64,000 nucleotides of DNA, taken from positions 5,009,397-5,073,396 of the forward strand of contig NW_002060945.1 in assembly GCF_000150275.1 (NCBI RefSeq), in the 5' to 3' direction. The number at the start of each line of letters is the position of its first letter. The stretch's first letter is position 1. Below, piece after piece: positions 54,163 to 64,000 of this stretch. The stretch comes from Trichoplax adhaerens (taxonomy: Eukaryota; Animalia; Placozoa). A model generated the notes under the pieces. The model ran no database searches and was not told the origin of the DNA. It saw nothing but the letters and a program-made list of their open reading frames with translations. The position numbers and the translations under genes were made by a program.

Positions 54163-57100
54163 ATGCCTGGTTAGTACTTTACTGCATAAGTTAATATTAG
54201 ATATAGCCAATTTTGATAGACAAGGATGCTTGTGTATCTTATTGCGGATTTTCATTTTTTTCTCTCTCCTTGATAGCTAAAGTTTGTTGATTACAGTAGC
54301 GATAATAGAATAAAAGTCCATGCAATCATTCGGTAGATATCAACTTTAAATTAACACTGTACAGTACAGCAGCCAAACTCGTCGATTTCTACTCTACTTG
54401 AATTACCCTATTTACTTCTACAGTACATATCCATATTTGAAGGCAACATTTATCGATTCGCTATAATTAACCCACCATTGCAGCATATTGACACATCTCG
54501 ATAGTAATGTATACCTACTCCATCGTCAGTTGCATCACTACTGGACTTGTACAGTGTACGTTCGACCTAGAAAAATTCAATTTCATTCACCTCATCATAG
54601 ATGGCTGATCGTAGACTTCAACATGATACATTGGTTGATCAATGGATCATGGATTACCAACAGTTCATTTTTAGCAATCGACGACATCATAAATAATTTA
54701 AAAAAGGACATTAAAACTACTGGTAATGACAACTAATTTTTTTACTGTTATTTTTATTAAGGTATATTTGTACTCCAATGGACTATAATTAATTCTAATT
54801 GCTAAATGCCTCTACTCTAATCACTTAAATCATATAAGAAGATTTGACTCTTTATAAATTGCAAAATAATACTAATCTTAATCTTAATATTATAACTCCA
54901 TCTATAATATCAACTTATTGATACATGCTTTTACTGCTAATAATCCAAATATCGTACTTTATCGTTAACTAAACGGAATAATTTAAGCTAAACCCACCTA
55001 CTAGCTTTACCTTGACAGTACGACTGATCGTTCATGATTGAACAAGAATATTCAAGTAGTAGTTACATATTTCTTATACTGTATAACAGTAGAATACAGC
55101 TAATGATGTATAGTAAAATGAGTAAGCCAAATCAGGCATAGACTGGTGCTTTTTTCATAAAATGATGTAATGGTAGAAGTTTTAGGTTACCATATGATTG
55201 AGAAATTGAATCATACAGTATCATATACATCGTATGGCACGTTGCTGAAATTCAGCAAATGTTAGATTATTGCCGTTCTAGTTAACACTGATCAGATTTT
55301 GTCAATTATCAAATATATCGATGAAAGGGTAATACTATAGATAGGAGTGTAGCTTGCTAGAAGAAACAGTAACCCATAGTGCAGTAATAGAGTAAATAGT
55401 AACTACTCTAGCAACTTTATGTGATCGTAGGTTAACACACGTATACTTCTGAATTAGTCGCGAATTATAAATGTTTTACATGCATAGATACGTGCAGTTA
55501 TAGACTACTAATTGAAAGAAGACCTTGAGTAATCTATGGTACAGCAAACTTTTTAGTACCATGATCACTTAATAACTAGACCAATGAATGATTCATGATC
55601 ACTTAATAACTTGACTAATAAATAATTCTAATAGTGATTGCTGAAGTTTGCCATTACAGCTGCGTTTGCTATTCTCACTGACAGTAAACTAGTAAAATGC
55701 GGTAGAAAATAGAAGCTTCTGATTCCATTCAGATATTACGGCACAATCATACATCATATCGTGTAGTTCTTGTAGTGAGTTTATTTGCTTTACAAAATTG
55801 CACGACTAATTATTAAAATTGCGATTTGATAAGTTTTTTTAGTTTTTCATTAGTTTATGAAATTAATGATACTTTAGTATTGCTAAAAATAATATAGCGC
55901 CTTCCTTCTTTTTTGTTATCGCTATAAAGCAAATAAGGACAATACGAATAAAGCGACGCCAACCGACGGCAAATTAAGGAAAAGAAAGCAAACGAGTCGA
56001 CTTAAGGGGTAAGTTAGGAGATAGCTGTGCGTGCCATGGTCTTTAATCTATCACCATGTCTGTTTCATAATTAACAGTACTAGGTCTGCTAGTGTTGACT
56101 ACTAAATGATTTAGCACGAATAAAAATGTTAAAAGGAAAAGAATATTTCTATAGTAAGAATTATAGCTATTAGTATTGCTGTACTGTATTATACATCAAC
56201 TTTCGGCATTATTGTAGATAAACACAGTTACCTTTACCAAATGTGCCCATTCCATGTGAGCATAATTATAATACTACACAGCTCACTGATTGCACTGCGA
56301 TAAGAAATACAATTTCTACTTCTAGTATTCAAGACATTGATATAGCTGTAATTGAAAATTGAAATACTCAACGGAAAGAATGTTCGAGATGTAATCACAA
56401 AATTATCTTATTTCTATATAATACGTGCCTGCACATACTGTATATTATATGGTGCACACGTACAGTTTACCATACTGTATTTTGTAAGTTAGCCAAAATT
56501 TAACTTACTAAATCCCTACTATTACAGTACCATCATTAAGAGGCAATGCACTTGATTAATTAAATGTACTTGTGCATAAAAGTGGCCTCATATGAATTAG
56601 TTATAAAAACTGTGGTGAGAGCAGTTATACGCCTACTTGGTGGAGTACTATATATCCAATTTTTTAAACTTCTGGTACTTTTCACATTACTTATCCACTT
56701 CTAATCAATTGATTATTATTGATGGAATGAATCGATAGAGTTAAAAAAGTCTTACAATAGTTTTTCGCTTGCGATTAAGAAACGTAATGGGTAAATTTTT
56801 AGATTCAAGTACATTATTTGAAATATTTAATAGAGGCAATCACTTATATTGGGTTGTTGTGGCCGCAATAATATACTGTACAGTACATTCTATATTGCCC
56901 ATATTACTGTTTATCTTCCTGGTGCATCGCTGAGATTTTCAATATTTTATTTATCAAATACAACAAAATGAGATATCATTTTTGGAATTGTTATATCATA
57001 ATGACCTTAAATTTTTAGCATGATAAATTATCAACATCCGGGTAAATGATTAAGTAAATTTATTAAAAATTGGTTTGAAATGCATGGTATATCCTCTAGT

Positions 57101-60100
57101 CTCGTTGTAGAAATATGTTTATACAGTAATACCATTAGAAAACTTTGACAAATATATACGTATACAGTTCGTATTGGCGTACCCGGTACGTTCGTTTGGC
57201 TAACGGGATCTTGCTTGTTTAGTATAGGTAGAGGCAGACTGTGTGTATAATTTACCGATTATCTATTTTAATAAAATCTTCTTTAAGTCGTTATTCACAT
57301 TTGTTGAAGGACAGATGTCAGAACTGATATATAGTATAACGGCCAATTATATGACCTTTATGAATGATTTCATTTATTGATACCAGATATAAAATTGGTA
57401 CCGAAATAATATTGACGGTTTCTGTATTCATCCCCACATTCAATCTCCTTTATGTCTAGCCTTGAAGGCGACGGTTTATTGTTTTTCAACATAATCGCTT
57501 CTCAATTCTGATTGCATTGTTAATATTGAATCTTTCCAGCAGTCATAAATATTACTTTAATTTAGGCTCACTTAGAAGTTTTTAATGAACATGGATGCAT
57601 TCATTCTTAGTGAAAAATTCGCTGACGTACAGGCATCGTATCGTATAATTGGGCCCGATTATAGATACAAAATTATCTTACGAATAGGAACTGATGTGTA
57701 CTGCTCATCGGTATGCTCATATGTAGAGAACGATAAATCGAGACACAAATCACAGTAACTGACCTAAGATTAAATTTATTGAATGCAAAATACCTTTTAT
57801 ATATTATTTATATTTATAGGCGTACGTATAAATGTTGTACTGTACAATAAACAGGCAGCTTTTTCTATAAACTGTATTCCTTTATTATTATTTTATTTGA
57901 AAATTTTCTCATTCATACACTGTATATTCGGTGTCCAGTATGATATTATCCATTTGGGGTGTTTGGCATGTCGTAGCTGGTCCTGACTTAAACTAAGCAC
58001 ATTATCATAACTTCCAGCAATGGCTGCTAAAAACCTAGTTTCAACCTTAAATAATGAAAATTAATTTATTCTTTCTACTAATATTTACATCATTTTTAAT
58101 GATCGAATATTGATGGGAATTATATTATTAAAACTATGGCGCTTATAATAGACGTGAAAATGCGTATATGTATATGTCTGAAGTTCTGTTCGGTTAGGCA
58201 TACAATTTCAATTTACGGTTAGTTTCCATGCATACAGATAAGTTGTACGCTCATGTACATAAGCATCTTATCTCTTTTCATTTGGACTAACTAATGAAAT
58301 TGCCAGATAATTGATTTAAGCTGGTAAATATTTATTAGATCTTAAAAGTGTTAGTATTAGATATTAATTCCGTAAAATATCGTTAAAGACACTTAATTTA
58401 CTTGAAACTTGGGAGTCTCTCAATGCACGATCTAAACCATAAGTATAAAATAAAATTTAAAATTTATTTTAAAAGTTGTCCAATTTCAAAGAAGACATGA
58501 ACTATATTCGAAGCGTAATTTATAAGAGATTATTATCTGTGAATACTGACGTTAATTTACGGTATTTCCTGGATACTTATAACCCTTTCAAGAAACGGTT
58601 ATAACGAAGTAGAAGAAGTGCTTGATTAATTTTAAATATGTCTTATTGATTCCCAACGCATTGTTTATCCTAAGCGTCAATTTGCAATTGCCAAATCGGC
58701 TGAAAACAATTACTATCTCATCGAAGTCTGATATCACGTAATTTCTTTTATAATTATTCTCCGTTGTTTGAATGAATTTATACAGTTTAACAGCACTTCC
58801 CTCTATCGATATAAAATAGCCTTATTAAGACTTAGTCTATGACTTCATTCTAACGATACTTAAGTAGTTAATAAATAGTCTTTTTTCGAATGGACTAAGT
58901 AAACTGACGAATTATGATCGATTTTGGTATCCAGACTTACTAGGGACAACTGCTCTTGAGACAACCACTTCACAACGATAGCTAAATTCTTATACCTTGC
59001 ATTCAACTATTTGGTATAATTTCTCGACGAATCATTATTTCCTAGATCTAGCAATTTATAAGTAGGCAGAATACTTACTGTAGGTACGAGTAATAAGTAA
59101 TAGTTAAGGATATGTCCGTAGAAATCTAAGTAGAGGCATCAAATATTAATTAATAAGTATAATTAATCGATAAGGATTTGACTAGAGTGAGTTCGTCTAA
59201 GCAGCAATTACCCTATAGTCGATCGATTTACTACATACGTATATGATACTTTTCCTTTAGTCCTAAATTTTAAACATGATATTCTTATTAAATATAAGTT
59301 TTAACAAAAACTAATGATCACTTAATTAAAAATATCAAGTCTTTTTGTGGTTTAAAGAAAGGAATAAACTCAATACGTAAAAGTCATTCTTTATGCAAAA
59401 TCCAAATAAATTCTAAGGCAAAATAATATTAGATCACTGGGATAATGGCTAAATATTTATTTCCGATGGATATATGAATAGGAGTGTTTAAGAAAGTACA
59501 ACTATAACATTTATTTGCTTATTTTCCTCGTTAAAAGTTTTATTAAAACTGCTTTTGTTATTGTTTTCTATCAACAAATTTATGATAAGTGTCGACAAGG
59601 AATTGTACTGAAGATAAGTACTTTTACCTTGAATTAATATGAGGTAGATAAAGAGTGGATACTTACGTAGGATGTGCATACGTACGTTAATGCTCTTTTC
59701 TGGCGAAAATCTCTGCTTTCTTATTCCGCTAAAAATAAATTGATTGCAAACTAGTTATACATCTTACTGTAAATTGTTCTTTCTAACTAAATCAGAAATA
59801 AGATGATGTTATTATGTCGTAAGGTTAGATGGCTATGAAAAGTAATAATGGTTCTGTCGATTGTGATAATTTATTCATGTGTTAATGATGATAAAATTGA
59901 TAGTACAATAAGTGATGATGATTGGTAAATAATTATCTGTTGATGGATGCTAAAAAGTGCAATACGATTTCGATGTTCACTTGCGCTTGTCTTTTTAAAT
60001 TTGGGGGAATTTTATATTACTGTACTGATAGATACTTAATTAATCAAAATTAAAAGCACTGGATAGTGTTCTGTTACCTTGATTTAGATTAAATACTAAA

Positions 60101-63100
60101 TAAGTAAAATAGTTTTATTATATTGGTTGTCGTTTACGGGTATTTAATTATTATCAGATATCTAGTCGAATTTTCTATGCGTATGTATTGTATCTCCAGC
60201 TAGCTTCTTTCAAAGAACAATACAATATGTTTAAGCTTGTACGTGTCGTGATATACATGTCCCTGATTCAATGAGTAATAGAACACAAATGCAAATACGT
60301 GTAAAATACGTAGTTAATGTCAGCTAAATACGCATATTTTTGTTATGTAATCTGTAGAGAGCCAGAAGATCGTAATGAAGACGATCATACAAGCATCAAG
60401 GATAAGTGCGCTAGAGAAAATCATAGCGAAATCGAAAAACGCAGGCGAAATAAGATGAACGCATATGTTGCTGAATTATCTAATATGCTGCCTAATTGTG
60501 GCAGCCTACCTAGGCGACCTGACAAGTTAACTATACTAAAAATGGCTGTATCCCATATGAAATCACTAAGAAAGGAAGAAAGTAAATTTATTAATGATAA
60601 TTAAATTTAACGCGTCATCTTTATTTTTGTAGTATTAGCGACGGATTGTTTGCAAGTGTCAATTGAAGAGGTTATATAAAAATTTTCATTGCAATTGTAG
60701 TGGAATCAAGAGCTGTGTGCAGATCGTCATTTTTATCTGATCAGGAAATTAAACAGCTAATTTTAGAGGTACTGTAACGATATTTGCTGGTATTGTAACA
60801 ATGTATACGTATTTTAGTAATACATCGTTTTTTAATACCAATTAATTTGTTATTGTTACAGGCTGCAGATGGATTTTTATTTGTAGTTTCCTGCGATAAC
60901 GGATCCCTTTTATATGTTTCAGACGCTATATCAAATGTTTTAAAGTTATCACAGGTTAATTGATAGAGATAATCGATGACACTAACAAGTCTAAAATAAT
61001 TTATGTAATTCTCATTAGATAAATTTATGCTTTATATTATAATAAAATAATGGTTGTCCTTGCTCGTTTAGAAAATTTATAACTTGATTTATTTATCACT
61101 TCAAACTTTATAATCATATTCAATAAAATGAGAATAACTACATTGATTAAAAATAATTTCTTTAAATAATATAGGATGATTGGACCGGTAGGTCACTGTA
61201 TGAGCTCGCTCACCCAGAAGATACTTCTAAGATAAGGGAGCAGCTATCGGATAACGAAGTTTCTCAATTAACAAACGGTATTTTCTATTTAATGTAGTCT
61301 AGAATTTAGCTTAACTTCAATTGTTGCCATGTAATTAAGCAATAAGTTAGCTCTAGTTGGTAAATCTGATTACTGTACTTGTATTCTTTATAGCCATTTC
61401 ATGCGGCACATAAGAAATAATAAGCATCATTGCGCTGTATATCAACCCGGTTTAACTGATATTTTTAAGTGAATTCCTTTGTACTATTATCTATTTAGAT
61501 TACAAAATGCGAAAGGATTGTAATAATCAAGGTAATAGTATAGTTTGACTTTATTTCTTAACTTTTCTCTCCGGATTTTTTAAGAAAGCATTATTTAACA
61601 TGTCAAAAATTTAAAATCGACAGGAGACGACAGTATCTTAAATAGATCTGATTCAGGCGCTCGTAAGTCTTTCATATGTAGAATGCGGTACGGTAGCGAT
61701 AACTACGACGTCGAATATGAAGAGGATCAATTTTCAAGTACCAATCCGAATGGTGTTACAACTAGATACAAAGTTGTCCATTGTGCAGGTTAAATACTTG
61801 TTAATGCTTATGGAATAGCGATATAGCTTATAATTGTTACATTTGGTTTCATTTCAATCACTCAATCAGGATATATACGATCCTGGCCACCAACTGGAAT
61901 TACAGATGATGACTCATCAGAAAGTTCTTTTTCTAGCTTTGGGAGCGAAAACGGTATTGGAACTTGCTTGGTAGCAATTGGTAAGCTACTGCTTGCGACT
62001 GCCCCTACGGTTGCAGATGAAGAAGGCACAACTTTTGTTTCAAGGCATGATATTAATGGTACTTTCACTTTTATTGATCAAAGGTAATAGAAAATCACAA
62101 TTGTAACTTTTAGTACTATTAATGAAGATTTAGATATACACCTTTTATCTGTATTATTAATAAAAATGTAAATACGTGATAATCTTTAGAATTACATCGG
62201 TGACAGGATTTCTACCGAAAGATCTACTAGGTAAAAACATCGTAAATTATTGTCACCCTAGTGACCGAGAATTGCTAGAAGAAAGTTTTAAACAAGGTCA
62301 GCAGATATCAAAACATAGTATGCGTACCTACAACTATAGCGAAATTTTATTTTTAACTATTAATAAATACTTCCATTTTCTACTCATCTCTGCAGTGCTG
62401 ACAATGAAAAATCAGAAACTTCGCATCAATTACAGATTTCGTACCGTTAATAATAATTGGATATGGCTGCACAATACGTGTTACAGTTTCTTAAATCCGT
62501 GCTCAGGACAAGTTGAATATATCGTCTGTGACCATCAATTGAATAAGTAAGCATTGTATTAATGAAGGTTGCATATGTCGCCTCATTTTAAGTTTGTCCG
62601 GAAATTAATTTATTGTATGATTATTACAATTTGTGTATAGAGTGGCAAGTACTGAAACAACAACTTTGGATTTAGACAGCCAAGAGACGTCACCAACAAC
62701 TTCGCAAGGTTTGGCCAATTATACCAAAGTAAATCCGGATGTCTACAAATTTGGAAATTCGAATATTCAGCGTGAGGCTGTCAACCGGAATGGTCCATCC
62801 TTTCCAAATTCAGATAATAAAAGATATCGTAACTCAGATATTCTTAATAACCCATACCCTGCAACTATTGCAGACACATCCATGCCTTTATCGAGCATAA
62901 CACCATCACAGATGACTTCAACCTATTCAAATTGTCAAACACGCCATGTATTTGTGCCTAATCGTGATGAATATATTCGAGATATGGTTAATCTACGAGA
63001 ATCGAATAATCAAATGCGTATATTTAATAATAATAGCAGTAAGTCCTCAATGAATATGCAACGGCAATCCCTAACTCAGAATTCGCCTTTACATACTTCT

Positions 63101-63679
63101 CCATTGATTCAACAATTAGGAAATTACGTGGAACCAATGAAAATACAACAAGAAAATCGAAATGGTAGTTCGAAGTTCGCTTCAAATTGTACTGTAGGAA
63201 GTAGAAATGCGAATATTTTAAATGACAATAGTTTTCATGGAATAACCGATGGCGTTGATAGTAATAACGTGCACTTAAGTTCACAGTGGAATGCTGATTG
63301 CGATAGAAATTTTGAAGGCCCAGACACTAAATCACAATTGTGGAAGAAACATAACCAAGTCAACTTTGCTACTCAGACAGTAAACCAAAGCAAACGTATG
63401 GAGGCAAATAGGTATCCTCGCTTAAAGACTCAAAGATATCCTTCACAACAATGCTCACCATCTGCAGACGGTGCTGAATGTCGGCAATCTGGATTTGACC
63501 ATTCTATAATGAGCCAATCTAAAGAAACATCCAATAACTCTCATGGGCTCAACAATCGAGCGATGGTATTCAGTCAGAATTCTAGTCCGACACCTCAACA
63601 GTCTGACATACCATTACTTGATAATTCCCAGGATTGTTCGGAGATGATACAATTTCTTGATGAATTATTTCAAGAGTAA
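54163..63679 (+). CDS. ARNT: Aryl hydrocarbon receptor nuclear translocator (ARNT/HIF-1beta/Tango)-like bHLH-PAS factor; 5' end tentative
   Basis: b[19 protein letters not shown]...[18 protein letters not shown] (60358-60581), [14 protein letters not shown]|[68 protein letters not shown] exons and a last exon ending at 63679. Upstream exon 55930-56008 (KLRKRK) is phase-compatible; the start is at either 54163 or 54623. Confidence 0.92.
55560..55627. repeat. 34 bp tandem duplication in an ARNT intron
   Basis: catgatcacttaataactagaccaatgaatgatt followed by catgatcacttaataacttgactaataaataatt. Confidence 0.85.
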
Positions 63680-64000
63680 AGTTACGAGTATACACTATAA
63701 TCTACATTTAAAATTCGGTTTCATTGGAAATTGAAATTTGTAAATTTTTTGTATAATTCCTGCTTTATTATGTAAATACCAAAAAGCTCGTATAGAAAAT
63801 ATCTGTTTTATCTTCACGTTTCTTCAACCGAAGTAAAATTTGTAGATTTATGCTGTGAGGTAAACATTTGCCAACACAACTTAGGTACTCTGATGTGTGC
63901 TATATAAAACTTAAAGGAACATCAGCAGCCCTTTTATTATTCTAGCTAACGATATTTAAACTCCGAGTTACCGTTTGTAATATGCCGGCCTAGATGGTAT

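Noticed and set aside
9225-63284. Antisense or overlapping ORFs over real exons (e.g. 9225-9443, 15361-15645, 32361-32570, 35655-35894, 38645-38884, 48131-48322, 61862-62068, 63024-63284)
   Set aside because: Shadow ORFs of coding exons with no independent evidence.

Overview
AT-rich, gene-dense eukaryotic DNA with short GT-AG introns and animal-type genes. The style suggests a compact early-branching animal genome such as a placozoan (Trichoplax-like); this is an inference, not verified. Ten spliced or single-exon protein genes can be reconstructed by hand: the 3' part of an NCX/SLC8 Na+/Ca2+ exchanger (+), an ENL/AF9-type YEATS protein (-, with a 1-nt frameshift), INTS14 (+), ABHD17 (-), MRPL15 (+), an LRR-only protein (-), a DEG/ENaC channel (+), a Myb/SANT-like (MSANTD/trihelix) protein (-), AGTPBP1/CCP1 (+) and ARNT (+). 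Eight of the genes form four head-to-head pairs. The most striking non-coding signal is a strand-symmetric (GTAC-W)n array (TACAG/CTGTA pentamers) that piles up at the 5' end of eight of the nine genes whose 5' end lies in the window. These arrays are interleaved with unrelated ~100-420 bp inverted-repeat (MITE-like) elements, one of which has a clear target-site duplication. A separate ~625 bp fold-back lies between convergent genes. I found no tRNA, rRNA or CRISPR features. Exon coordinates were read manually and may be off by a few bases.
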